A stretch of DNA of 64,000 nucleotides, from assembly GCA_945861535.1 (NCBI GenBank), contig CAMAUZ010000031.1, positions 9,761-73,760 of the forward strand. The letters run 5' to 3'. Below, piece after piece: positions 1 to 9,800 of this stretch (positions are counted from its first letter, which is position 1; every line of letters starts with the position of its first letter). A program made the position numbers and the translations under genes. The notes under the pieces are model-generated. The model searched no databases, had not been told where the DNA came from, and saw nothing but the letters and a program-made list of their open reading frames with translations. This stretch comes from Akkermansia muciniphila (GTDB lineage: Bacteria; Verrucomicrobiota; Verrucomicrobiia; Limisphaerales; BJHT01).

Positions 1-831
1 GAGCAGGTCCACCTGCATGCGGCTCAGGCGCGGGACATTGTCGTTTTGATCGGCGATGCCTTCCTCGAAGGTCGGCGGCGTGACGCGCAGCTTCTGGCGG
101 CTGGCGTCGGCGAGATCTTTTTCCATCTGGCGCACGAGCGTCTCGTGTTCTTCGAGCAGGCGACGGTCGTCGGCGCTGATGAGTTTGCCGACCTTCTGCA
201 AATCTCCGCGCACAGTGTCGAGGATGCTCTGGAGATTCGCGCGATCCTTCAACTGTCCGTAGAGCTTGTGGTACATCTGGTAGGGATCCGAGATGGGCGC
301 CACGGGCTTGTTCGCTCCGGCGTAAGACATGCGTGTCCAGGGATCGGCGCGGTCGGTGACGCCGACGCCAAATTCGAGGGAACCGAAACGCGTGCGAGTG
401 TCTTCGCGGCTCTGGAGAAAATTTTTCAACTCCTGGTCAATCGAGATGCCGCTCGCCCAGCCGGCCGGCGTGTGCGAGCCGCCCTGGATGTTGCCGGGGA
501 AAAGCTCGACGCCGGTGAGCAGACAGCTCATGCCGCGCATGTGGCTGTCGCCGTCGCCGCGGACTTTGTTGTTCAGACCGCGCAACACCAGCATGCGCTC
601 CTGAAACGGCGCGAGCGGCGACATGATTTCCTTCAGCTTGAAATCCTTGCCCTCCTCGTCCGGCCAGAAGGCGGACGGGATGGTGCCGTTCGGGCTGAAC
701 ATGATGACGAGGCGCTGGCGCGGCCGGGCGGGCGCGCCGAGACCGAGGCTCGGGAGGCCGACGAGAAACGGGAGCGACGCGGCGGACAGGCCGAGGCGGT
801 GGAGGAACTGGCGGCGGTACAAGGGGGTCAT
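1..831 (-). CDS. DUF1552 domain-containing protein (partial; C-terminus lies beyond the window start)
   Basis: I translated the minus strand from the ATG at 831: [30 protein letters not shown]...[21 protein letters not shown]...[11 protein letters not shown]. It has a Tat-like RRQFL leader and the DGDSH/MSCLLTG block I associate with DUF1552. An ATGA overlap (828-831) joins it to the upstream DUF1592-type gene, its usual partner. It is missing from the ORF track because no stop falls inside the window. Confidence 0.85.
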   Translation of the reverse strand, partial: MTPLYRRQFLHRLGLSAASLPFLVGLPSLGLGAPARPRQRLVIMFSPNGTIPSAFWPDEEGKDFKLKEIMSPLAPFQERMLVLRGLNNKVRGDGDSHMRGMSCLLTGVELFPGNIQGGSHTPAGWASGISIDQELKNFLQSREDTRTRFGSLEFGVGVTDRADPWTRMSYAGANKPVAPISDPYQMYHKLYGQLKDRANLQSILDTVRGDLQKVGKLISADDRRLLEEHETLVRQMEKDLADASRQKLRVTPPTFEEGIADQNDNVPRLSRMQVDLL

Positions 832-3125
832 GGCTTTTTCTCCGTGGAGGTTTCGAGGCCGTGCAGGGCGGAAAGGGTGGCGATTTCAACCAGCAGTTTC
901 TGCATGTTGAAACCGGACGCGGCGAATGATTGATGCAAGCGGGCCATCGAGTCGGCACCGTAGGCTTGCATGGGCTGCTTTACAACCTGATTGAACAGTT
1001 GCTCGATGAAGCTCTGCTGCGCCGACTCGCTGCGGACGGCGAACTCGGCGACATCGCGCGGGCCGGTGAAGCGAACCTTCTCGCCGTCATCGGTGAGGTA
1101 GTCGCTGACCACGTCAATCGCGCGATCCTTCTCGCGCGTGCGGAAGCGGCCCACAGCGTCGAATTGCTCGAGGCTGAACCCGAGCGGATTGATGACGGCG
1201 TGACAGCCCTGACAGTCGCGCGAGCGGGTGAGTTTGGTGATTTTCTCGCGCATCGTCAGGTTGGGCGCGAAGTCGGCGTCCTTGAACACCACGGCCATCG
1301 GTGGCGGGCGCAGCGCGCGGCCAACGATGTTGCGCGCGAGAAACACGCCGCGATGAATCGGCGAGCTGGTCTTCGGATACGAGAAGGCCGCGAGCAGATA
1401 GGGATGGGTCACGACCCCGGCGCGTTGTTTGGGATCGAGCGCGATCTTCACGAAGTCATTCGTGGCGGTGGTTTCGACGCCGTAGAATTTCGCCAGGCGG
1501 CCGTTGAGATGCAGATGCTCGGCCAGCAGCAGCCGGCGATAATCCGAGGCTCCGCTCCATACCGCCTCTTCCAGGAACAAATCGAGCGACGTGCGCAGGT
1601 TGGCGATGAGTTCGGGTGTGAAACCGGGGAAGAGGGCCGCGTCTTTCGTCAACACTTCCGCGTGACTTAGTTGGAGCCAGTGATGGAAGAAATGGCGGAC
1701 CTTCGCGTGGGTCCGCACGTCGGCCAACATGCGGCGCGCCTGCGCAGTCACCTGCTCGCGGGTGTGCAGCGCGCCTTGCTCGGCGAGTTTCAGCAATTCC
1801 TTGTCCGGCCCGGAATCCCACAAGGCGAAGGAAAGCCGGCTGGCGACCGCGTAGTCGTCCGGCTTTGCGCCGTCGAGACCGAGGTAGAGAAAATGTGGTG
1901 ACTTGAGCGTGAGTAACACCACGCGGGTGACGGCGTCGGCTGACTTCGGCGCGCCTTTGAGCGGGGTGGTGACATAGAGACGTTTCTGGTCGTCAGTCAG
2001 TGGCCGGCGGAACGCAGCGGTCACGAATTCGAGGCAGAAGGCTTCGAGCTTCCTGGCGCGGTCGGGGTCACTAGGTTTGCTGCGGGACAGACGGTCGAGA
2101 TGCTTCACGACAAACACCGCGACCTCGATGGCCGCCTGCGTGGCCGCTTCGTCCCAGGCTTTGGAAACTGACACGCCGCGCTCATAGCCCACGCTGCTGT
2201 CATCCGGCGGGAACGGCGTGGTGACTACGAAGGTGCGGGTCGAGTTGGTGGGCGAGAGATTGCGCGCGGGGATGGTTTCCAACGGACCTTGCGGCGGCTT
2301 CCATTGCAATCCTACGGCGGCGGTTTTGTCTTTCGGTGCCCGGAAGAATTCGAGCCGCAGCGGATACGCGCGCCCACCGAGCAGGCGGAGCTTCGCCTTG
2401 TGTTCATCGAGCTGCCCCGAAGCCACGCCGGCATCAATCAGGGGTGTCTCGTCGTCATTGAGCCACAGCCGTGCGCCGTTGGGAGTCCGCAGAATGATCT
2501 CATGCTCACCGGTGTCATCGGCGAGGAGTGACCCGCGCCATTGCATGGCAAAACCATTGGTGGTCGTGATGACTCCGGCGGGTGCGTTGGTGCCGAACTC
2601 GAAGCGCAATTCGCGGTCAATGCGCTCGAAGACTTCCTTGTCCTTCCCGAAATTTCGCGAGTTGAAATACTTCGCGCGCAGCCCGCGCTCGGGGCCTACC
2701 GGTGGGTCCGCGTTGCCCAAGCGCTTGAAGAGGTCAGCGACCGTGAGGCCGTACTGGCGGTTGGTGAGGCGGACTAGCTCGACGCGGGCGGGGTGCAGCT
2801 TGGACCAAGCGGCGCGGGAATAGAAGGCGTCGTAGATGTAACTGGCCACCGCCCTGGCATCCTCGCCGACGCACTTTTCGGGTGCGCCCTCGGGCATGCT
2901 CTTGTCGATATAGCGGGTGAGCTTCTCGACCGACCAATCGCCGTGGAGTCCCTCCGGATACTTTCCCTTTACGCCCTCGCCGGTCGGGCCATGACACTCG
3001 GCGCAGATTCGACGGTAAATCTCACTCCCTGACTGACGGGCTGAAACGGCTGCTCGCGCTGGCTGGCTTTCCAGCCAGACCAGCGCGAGCAAACTGAGAA
3101 CACGAAAAATCACGGGCACCGGCAT
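828..3125 (-). CDS. DUF1592/DUF1588/DUF1585-type protein with N-terminal cytochrome c motif and a PA14-like insert
   Basis: Track ORF 828..3215. I chose the internal Met at 3125, which gives a signal peptide ([25 protein letters not shown]). The protein carries a CAECHG heme-binding motif and a PA14-like block ([11 protein letters not shown]...[15 protein letters not shown]). Its C-terminal part ([27 protein letters not shown]) is typical of the DUF1588/1585 family. It is paired with DUF1552. Confidence 0.9.
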   Translation of the reverse strand: MPVPVIFRVLSLLALVWLESQPARAAVSARQSGSEIYRRICAECHGPTGEGVKGKYPEGLHGDWSVEKLTRYIDKSMPEGAPEKCVGEDARAVASYIYDAFYSRAAWSKLHPARVELVRLTNRQYGLTVADLFKRLGNADPPVGPERGLRAKYFNSRNFGKDKEVFERIDRELRFEFGTNAPAGVITTTNGFAMQWRGSLLADDTGEHEIILRTPNGARLWLNDDETPLIDAGVASGQLDEHKAKLRLLGGRAYPLRLEFFRAPKDKTAAVGLQWKPPQGPLETIPARNLSPTNSTRTFVVTTPFPPDDSSVGYERGVSVSKAWDEAATQAAIEVAVFVVKHLDRLSRSKPSDPDRARKLEAFCLEFVTAAFRRPLTDDQKRLYVTTPLKGAPKSADAVTRVVLLTLKSPHFLYLGLDGAKPDDYAVASRLSFALWDSGPDKELLKLAEQGALHTREQVTAQARRMLADVRTHAKVRHFFHHWLQLSHAEVLTKDAALFPGFTPELIANLRTSLDLFLEEAVWSGASDYRRLLLAEHLHLNGRLAKFYGVETTATNDFVKIALDPKQRAGVVTHPYLLAAFSYPKTSSPIHRGVFLARNIVGRALRPPPMAVVFKDADFAPNLTMREKITKLTRSRDCQGCHAVINPLGFSLEQFDAVGRFRTREKDRAIDVVSDYLTDDGEKVRFTGPRDVAEFAVRSESAQQSFIEQLFNQVVKQPMQAYGADSMARLHQSFAASGFNMQKLLVEIATLSALHGLETSTEKKP

Positions 3126-3172
3126 GAAGCCAATCCTACCACGAACCTTGGTGCCCGCGATGCGGAGAAGCC

Positions 3173-3619
3173 TCAAGCGGCCTTGGCGGCCTGTTCGGCA
3201 TGGATCCGTGCCCAACGCGCCTTGGTGGCCGCCACAATGCGGGCGCGGCCTTCGGCACTCATCTTGCGCTTGGCCTTCTTGGGAGCCGCTGCCGCCGCCG
3301 GGGCCGCAGCTGTCTCACCCTTCGCCGCCTTCACTTTGGCCCACCGGGCGCGTGCCGCAGCGGCGATCCGCGCGCGGGCGGGGGCGCTCATGGTCCGTTT
3401 TCCTGCCGGTGCGGCGGGGGGAGCGGCCTTGACACCGCTGCCTTTAGGGCGGCCCGGTCCGCGACGAACTACCACGGGTGCCGGTGCGGCGGCTGCGGCC
3501 ACCGGCGCGGTTTGGTTGAGGGCCTGGGAAATTTCCACCAGCCGATTTTCGAGCCGACTCTTCTCTTGGAGAAGTGCAGATTGAGCTGAGAGATAGTTTG
3601 TAATAATGTCGTTAGCCAT
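3173..3619 (-). CDS. Small basic protein: N-terminal coiled coil, AT-hook (GRPKG) and two repeats of an R-A-R-I-x-A-A-x-x-A-R-W-A motif; putative DNA-binding protein
   Basis: 148-aa ORF. Its opposite-strand ORFs (3183..3584, 3200..3589) are Ala/Arg/Gly junk. Recognisable elements are MANDIITNYLSAQSALLQEKSRLENRLVEISQALNQ, then RRGPGRPKGSG, then RTMSAPARARIAAAARARWAKVKAAK and RKMSAEGRARIVAATKARWARIHAEQ. An AT-rich stretch lies upstream (3640-3700). Confidence 0.7.
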   Translation of the reverse strand: MANDIITNYLSAQSALLQEKSRLENRLVEISQALNQTAPVAAAAAPAPVVVRRGPGRPKGSGVKAAPPAAPAGKRTMSAPARARIAAAARARWAKVKAAKGETAAAPAAAAAPKKAKRKMSAEGRARIVAATKARWARIHAEQAAKAA

Positions 3620-3798
3620 ACCCGGACTGTTGCCTACTCGTGGAAAGGTAGCAAGAAAGTTTGTGCGAAATTTTAATTATTTCTACGGAGGCGGCAGACA
3701 CTCGGCGAAAATGAGACTGTCAGTCCGCCATTTGGCACCGCGTCCGGTAGGGGTGCGGAGAGACTTTCTCACCCAGATTTCCTAAGAGCGTGTTTGAA

Positions 3799-3975
3799 CC
3801 TAGAACCGGCAGTTGAGGCGAACCACGAAAAACACGAAAGGCTGGAAAACAAAGGCGGAAAACAGTCTGTTTCGGCACCGAAAACCTCGCCTGCTGGGTG
3901 AAACTACTTAGTTCTGCGTCGCCTTCCCATTTCGGGCCTTTCGTTTCTTTCGTGGTCTCAACGGCCTTTTCCTGG
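3799..3975. repeat. Hairpin element, family A copy 1 (177 bp; cacgaaag-type arms)
   Basis: The left arm (cctagaaccggcagttgaggcgaaccacgaaaaacacgaaaggc) is the inverted complement of the right arm (gcctttcgtttctttcgtggtctcaacggccttttcctgg). Confidence 0.85.
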
Positions 3976-4110
3976 TTGGAAAATTCCTTGAGACGCGAGG
4001 GCTTGGGTTGGGAGTTTCGCGTTTACGCGGCCCGCTGGTGGCACGCGCCTGAAGCGCGTAAACGCGGCACTCCCAACCGGGGGCTTAGAACAGGCTGTAA
4101 GTTCCAAAGG
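3971..4110. repeat. Hairpin element X (about 140 bp), with the same cctgg...ttccaaagg-type termini and a different core
   Basis: Core arms are ggttgggagtttcgcgtttacgcg and cgcgtaaacgcggcactcccaacc. The outer ends are cctggttggaaaa and ttccaaagg. Confidence 0.7.
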
Positions 4111-4278
4111 CCGTATTTTACCATGGATAACCAAGGAGAGACGCCGGTGGGAGCGGTTAGTTTCCAAAAACGATGTGCCACAGGTCAGCGCTCCAGCATT
4201 AGTCGGGTTTTATCAAAGTTAATGCCTCTTAATCCGTGGTTTCACCATTCCAACCGCTCAATCCGGCCACCCCGTTCA

Positions 4279-4457
4279 CCTTGGAAACGGTAGTCGAGAC
4301 AACCCACGAAAGACACGAAAGGCTTGTAAAAAAAGGGCCGAACAGTTCTGGGGAGATATCCGGTCGCCGCCCCCTCCCACTCACAACTCCCGATGGCCGT
4401 CGGGCTGCTTCTTTCGTGCTCTCCGTGTCTTTCGTGGTTCCAATTGCTTCTCTCAGG
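4279..4457. repeat. Hairpin element, family A copy 2 (179 bp)
   Basis: Arms are ccttggaaacggtagtcgagacaacccacgaaagacacgaaaggc and cttctttcgtgctctccgtgtctttcgtggttccaattgcttctctcagg. It has the same orientation as copy 1, 480 bp downstream. Confidence 0.85.
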
Positions 4458-4548
4458 TTCCCGTCCGTCAGTCCCAACCTCCGTCTGGCTTCCGCCGTGA
4501 TTTCACCTCTGACTTTGCTTTCGCACCTGTACCATGAACCTGGAAAAT

Positions 4549-4714
4549 GCGGTTGAAACTGAGAAGCCACGGATATCCACCGATAAACACGGATGGAAAC
4601 CCGTTTTCGCTGCCTCACTGACCGGGTGAATGGAAAGCGGCGGAGATTCCCGTTCCTATCCGTGTTTATCGGTGTCGATCCGTGGTTGAACTGCCGTCTT
4701 TGGGAACAATCGTC
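4549..4714. repeat. Hairpin element, family B (166 bp; cacggat-type arms)
   Basis: Arms are cctggaaaatgcggttgaaactgagaagccacggatatccaccgataaacacggatggaaac and ttcctatccgtgtttatcggtgtcgatccgtggttgaactgccgtctttggg. Related arm fragments occur at 4229-4260, 4939-4950 and 61161-61280. Confidence 0.8.
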
Positions 4715-4760
4715 CGGGATCTCCCGCCGATGCAAAGTGACCACAGATGCAAAATTTAAT

Positions 4761-4938
4761 CCTGGAAACGGCAGTTGCGATGAACCACGAAAGAAACGAA
4801 AGGCACGAAAACAAGGGGTCGAATTGTGGTTGGGCGCCCCCGCATTACCTCACCCAGATGCGGATAACTCCCCAATCTTGCTCGACTTTTTATTCTCGTG
4901 TCGTTCGTGCTTTTCGTGATTCCAACTGCTTTTTCCGG
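4761..4938. repeat. Hairpin element, family A copy 3 (178 bp)
   Basis: Arms are cctggaaacggcagttgcgatgaaccacgaaagaaacgaaaggcacgaaaac and ttctcgtgtcgttcgtgcttttcgtgattccaactgctttttccgg. It lies 482 bp after copy 2. Confidence 0.85.
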
Positions 4939-5122
4939 ATAATCCGTGGTCATCCTAAATCTGAGAGCCACAGCGAACGCGTTTTTCCTGCTACCCTCCT
5001 GCCCCCGCTCGCCGTCCCCCATTCAAGTAGAAAAAAAGGCGCGCAACCCCGCGGCTGCGCGCCCTGAATCTCCCAGCCTCACGCCCGGCGGTCACCCGCC
5101 AGCGTTGGCCGTAATACTCCGG

Positions 5123-6547
5123 TCAGTACTCGCGTTTGGTCTTCCGGCCGGGTTCCGGCACGGGATACTTGCCATCTTTGTCCGCCAGCACGGGCGCGGG
5201 GCTGTTCATCGTCATCTTATCCGCGTCCGGCGCGTATTCGTGCTCGTGGTTGAGCATGTCATCCAGCGTGACTTCCTGGGCGGTGTGCGCGGCGTAGCGG
5301 CCGAGCGAGGTCACGAGGCTGGCCATGACACCGCGCTCGACTTCGTTGTGCGGCTTGTCCGTGCGGATGGCCTCGGTGAGCAACTGCCATTCGTTGAAAT
5401 ACGGATCGTCCGGCCCCTTCGAGTCCGAAATCCACAACTGATTGTCGCGCGAGGGCAGTTGTCCTTTGTAGGTGCTCGAAGGACTGCCGCAGTCGCCCGC
5501 TTTGGAGGCAATCGCCATGCCCTTGGAACCGTGGACGGCACTGTGATACATCGGCACCGCGCCCAACATGCAGCGACCGTCCATGTACAGCTTCGTGCCG
5601 TCCTCAAAGGTGTACTCCACCGAGTAGGAATCGAAGTTCTGATCCACGTAGGGCTTGCCGTCCGTGTTGGTACGATACGTGCGGCCGCCGACGCCTTGGG
5701 CCTTGACCGGCCACATTTCTTTTCCCGGCGGACTCTTCATCCAGCAGAGGTGGTCGATGTGATGGATGTTGAAGTCGCTGTAGCCGCCGCCGCTGGCCCA
5801 GATGAAACTGTGGAAGCGCGAGATCTGCCAGAGCAGCTCGTTCGGCTTGCCCGGCAGGTTGTTGTCCGGGCCGGGATACTTTTCCGAAAAGGCCGAGCCC
5901 AGCAGGCCCTGCATCCGGTAGCCGCGCATGAACAAGACATCGCCAATCTGGCCGTCCTCATGGATGCGCTTGTGCAAATCCTGCAACGACCGCTTGTGCC
6001 GCGACATCAGGCCGACGCCAACCTTGAGATTCTTCTGCTTCGCGAGCTTGTTCAACTCCAGCATCCGGCGCGACGTCGGGCCGTCGGCGGTGACGGGCTT
6101 CTCCATGAAGACATTGATGCCCTTCTCGATGGCATACTTGAAATGGACCCAGCGAAACGCCAACGGCGTGGTGAAGATGGCGACATCGCCTTTCTTAAGA
6201 CTGTCGATCGCGCCCTTGTAGGCATCGAAGCCGATGTATTTGCGGTCGCTGGGCACATCCACCTGATCCTTGAATTTGTTCTTCAGCGAGTTGAAGGCGC
6301 CGTCGAGCTTGTGCTGGAAGACATCCGCCATCGCCACCAGCTTGGGCGGACCGCTCTGCGACATGGCGTTGGCCGCCGCGCCGCCGCCGCGCCCGCCGCA
6401 ACCGACGAGGGCGACCTGGAGTTGGTCACTCCCCGCCGCGTGAACGTGGGGAAGGATGACACCCGCCAGGGCCGACGCGGCGGTGAATTGGCCGGTAGTT
6501 TTGAGAAACTCACGGCGAGAAGTGGGATCAATGGAAACAGGATTCAT
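5123..6547 (-). CDS. Gfo/Idh/MocA family oxidoreductase, Tat-exported
   Basis: 474 aa. It has a twin-arginine leader (SRREFLKTTGQFTAASALAGVILPHVHA) followed by a Rossmann motif (LQVALVGCGGRGGGAA). The overall pattern matches periplasmic Gfo/Idh/MocA dehydrogenases. Confidence 0.9.
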   Translation of the reverse strand: MNPVSIDPTSRREFLKTTGQFTAASALAGVILPHVHAAGSDQLQVALVGCGGRGGGAAANAMSQSGPPKLVAMADVFQHKLDGAFNSLKNKFKDQVDVPSDRKYIGFDAYKGAIDSLKKGDVAIFTTPLAFRWVHFKYAIEKGINVFMEKPVTADGPTSRRMLELNKLAKQKNLKVGVGLMSRHKRSLQDLHKRIHEDGQIGDVLFMRGYRMQGLLGSAFSEKYPGPDNNLPGKPNELLWQISRFHSFIWASGGGYSDFNIHHIDHLCWMKSPPGKEMWPVKAQGVGGRTYRTNTDGKPYVDQNFDSYSVEYTFEDGTKLYMDGRCMLGAVPMYHSAVHGSKGMAIASKAGDCGSPSSTYKGQLPSRDNQLWISDSKGPDDPYFNEWQLLTEAIRTDKPHNEVERGVMASLVTSLGRYAAHTAQEVTLDDMLNHEHEYAPDADKMTMNSPAPVLADKDGKYPVPEPGRKTKREY

Positions 6548-6654
6548 AGTGGCGCGAAGCTTTTCGTTCGCCCTCCCCGTGTCAACTCAAGAGATGTGCG
6601 TTGACTGTGAAAACCGCGTCTCGAGAAATTGTCGGTGCAGCAAGAGAGTGGCGC

Positions 6655-6869
6655 GAAGCTCAAAGGATAAAGCTCAAAGCTCAAGGGAATGACCAAGCTC
6701 CAGTACGCTCGCGCTGCAGGGAGTGTTTTACGAACCAGTCAGCATCTCGACCAAAGGCCTCTCATCCTCCTCACTCCACCGCCTCAGTTTTCATCTCCCC
6801 CCTTGGTTCTTGAGCCTACTTGTTCCTTGGATTTTCCCTTGAGCTTTGAGCTTTGAACTTTGAGCTTCC
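6655..6869. repeat. Inverted pair of family I units (gctcaaagctcaaggg motif) with a loop of about 130 nt
   Basis: The left unit at 6655-6701 (gaagctcaaaggataaagctcaaagctcaagggaa) matches the reverse complement of the right unit at 6829-6869 (ttcccttgagctttgagctttgaactttgagcttc). The right arm encodes the last residues (SSKFKAQSSRENPRNK) of the upstream 1531-aa ORF. Further single units lie at 23425-23460 and 62131-62172. Confidence 0.8.
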
Positions 6870-9800
6870 GCCCCTCCACGCTCCCGGCGAGAACACTTCG
6901 TCCACCACCTCCCACCCGCTCACGATCGGCGCTGTCTCCGCCGTCACCGCCCCGCCGCGCGGCACCAACTCCAGCGTCATCTCCCCGCCCGCCTCGACGT
7001 GCTCGAACGTTTTCACCAACGCCCGCCGCACTCCGCCCGCCTCGCGCACCACGTCGAAATCCTTCAGCACCACGCGCCCCTGTAGTTCCACATCGAACAC
7101 CCGCTGCCCCGCCGCCACGTCGTCCGGCTCCGCGAAATGCAGCCGCACGCGGAACGCCCGCGCGACCTCCGCCCCGCGCTCGCCGACTGTCAGCGGTGCA
7201 AAATTCAGACACCGCTCGCGCCCCGTCACCCCGAGATACGCCAGCGCCTCGCCCGCCACGCGGCTGCGGTTCATTTGGAAATTGATCCCCAAGGTCTTCA
7301 CGTCCAAACCCGCCGCCCGCAACGTCGCCAGCGGCACCGCCACCTCCGCGGTGAAACCCGCCGCGTCCAACCGCGCCGCGCCCTGCCACGCGCCCGCCCA
7401 CGTCGCATCCTCCGCCTTCCCCTCGCCCGCGCCCAGCGCCTGCCACCGCTCGCCCGTCCCCGCCACTGCGAGATGCACCACCCGCCCTGACGCCGCATCG
7501 CTGAAAAATAGCTCCCACGAATCCTCCGCCAGCACATCCCGCTGCGGCACCGCCGTCTTGCTCGGCTTCGGCAGCAGCGACCGGTGATCCTTGATCGGTG
7601 GCCGCGCCACCGCGCAGTAAAACGTCTCCGCATCGTGCTCCAGCCACACCCGCGTCTTCGTCCCCGGCAACGTCACCGACGGCGTCTCCGCCCACTCGCC
7701 CACCGCCAGCACCGCGTCGAGCTTCGGCCCCGGCGCCCGCGCGCCCGCCCGCGCCACCGACCCGAGCCGTGGCAGAAAATCCAGCTTCAGCGTCGCCCGC
7801 CGCAACCCCCGATAACCCGACGCATAAATCCACGGCTCACCCGTCCCCGCAATCGCCACGCGGTCCGCATTCCACCGATACGGCCCCAGCCCCGCGCCCG
7901 CCGCGACCTCCACCGTCAGCGGCACCTGCATGGCCGCGGAGCTCGCCACCGGCCACACCCCCGGCCGTTGCGCGTCGTCGTAAGTCCCCGGCACTTTCGC
8001 GTATCCCAGCGCCTCGCCCGCCCCGAGCTGCCGCGGAAACCCCAGCCACAACGTCCCGCCCGCCGCGCGCCGGTCCCCGAACGCCCCCAGATTGATCGCC
8101 GCCTGCCGCACCACCGTGTCCGGCTGGCGATCGTGAAAAACCGCCCAGTCCTCGTGCAGCCGCGTCTCCGCCGGCGCGAGCGCCACCGTCGTGCGAAACG
8201 GGTAATTGCACACGCACCGCGACTTCGCCTCCGACACAATCATTAACCCCTGCGCCACCGTCGTGCTCGGCCCGCACGCCGCCGACACCCCCACAAAATT
8301 CCGCAGCCCGCTGTCATCCTCGAAATCGTAAATGCTCAACAACTTCGCCGCGCCCCCGCGCTTGATCACCGTCGTCGCGGAAAAATCCATCCCCCCGCAC
8401 AGCCCCGTCCCCGTCTGAAAAAACCGCGGCCCCGCCTCGCCCGTCAGCGGGTGCTCCCGCAGCAACGCGCTCACGCCGTCGTCCAGTTTCTTCGGCCACA
8501 ACGCCGCGCGTCCCTTCGGAATTACTGCCTTCATGTCCGCCACCAGCGTCGGCCGCGCCACCGTCTCACCCTCGCTCAATGCCAGATTCGCCCACCCGCC
8601 ATTGATCCCGTCCGCCACCGGATTGCTGAATAGAAAACTCTGCCGAATCCGTTCGCCCGCGCGCCCATCGTGCGAATTCAGCGTCGCCGCAAAACCAAAG
8701 CTTCCGCGCAACCCGCCGCCGATCTTTTCCAGTTCCGCCCACGGCACACGCACTACCGTCTCCGTTCCGCGCGCGTCCCGGGTCCCCGTCACCGCCACCG
8801 CCGGATGCTCCGCGCCCGTGCCCGTCCGGCTCGTCGCCGATGCGCGCCCGTCCCGCGCGGGCGCAATGCGCAGTTGAAAAACCCCGCGCTCATACAACCC
8901 CGCCCGCGCCTCCGCCGCCCGCAGGTCAAAAAACAAATCCCACTCGTCCAGCTCGCTCGCCACCGGATCGCGCGTGCGCAATGTCACCACCAGCGCCTCC
9001 GCCTCGCGCGCCACCGTCACCTCGCCCGCATGCTCCGCGTCCACCGGCAGCTTCCACGTCTGCGGCGCCGCGAGCGAAAAATTCGTCACCGCCGGCAGCG
9101 CGCCAAAAATCTTCCGCTGCTCCCCCGTCCGCGCATCCAGCTCGATCACGCTCTCCTTCCCGCCCAAAATGCTCTCGCCCAGCGTGAGAAAAACCTGCTC
9201 GCCCCGCACCGCCAGCACCCGCCGGTAATCGTGCGCCAGCTCGCGCGACCACACCAAATCCGTGTTGTGAACCAAATCTCCCGTCACCCGCGAATCCACC
9301 GACTGACGCGGGATCGGCCGGCTCCACAGAATCCGCCCGTTGTAAGCATCCAGCCCCGTCAGCGTGTTTTCCCCGACCACGAAATAGCGTCCGTTGGCCG
9401 CCGGCGCGCGCGGATTGTTGTTCTTCAAATCCGTCACCTGCGCCGTCGTCGGCCCGCCGAACCACAGCAGCCGCAGCGGCCATTTCGCCCGCTGATCCGC
9501 CTCGAACGCGCTGTCCCAGTCCAGCGCCCCCGGCAGTCTTCCCCGCACCAGATACGGCCCGGCCGCGCCCGCTCGCACCTCGTCCGCCGGCGCGCCCGTC
9601 GCGCGCAGAAACGCCTCCGCCTCCGTCCGCTCCGTCCCGCTGAACAACAACACCCCGCCCGCCGGTCGCACCATCCGATACAAATCCGCCGCCACCCACG
9701 CCCGCGGCGAACCCGTCACCACCACCGCGTTCGCAAAATACTGCGCGAACGGCAGCCGCCCTTCCTCCCCACCCGCGCCGCCTGCACGCGCATCCCCGCG

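Noticed and set aside
46-933. 295-aa plus-strand ORF, and many similar long ORFs antisense to or out of frame with confident genes. Examples are 4946..6604, 12211..13752, 14320..17268, 17302..19140, 20930..23731, 27870..29753, 29626..31596, 31563..33623, 35943..37448, 37426..38883, 45182..47593, 47406..48758, 48783..51143, 55537..57090 and 59789..61072.
   Set aside because: They lie opposite or out of frame to genes with unmistakable family signatures. Their translations are Arg/Ala/Gly/Pro-rich low-complexity sequence. This is typical of shadow ORFs in high-GC DNA, where stop codons are rare.
3799-4938. Possible CRISPR array, given regularly spaced repeats in a gene-free tract.
   Set aside because: The repeats are 166-179-bp long palindromes rather than 25-40-bp units. 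Spacing is about 480 bp, different families alternate, and no cas genes or leader are present in the window.
3799-4938. Possible integron cassette array with attC-like imperfect palindromes.
   Set aside because: The arm ends do not fit the RYYYAAC / GTTRRRY core sites. The cassettes contain no ORFs, and no intI integrase or attI is nearby.
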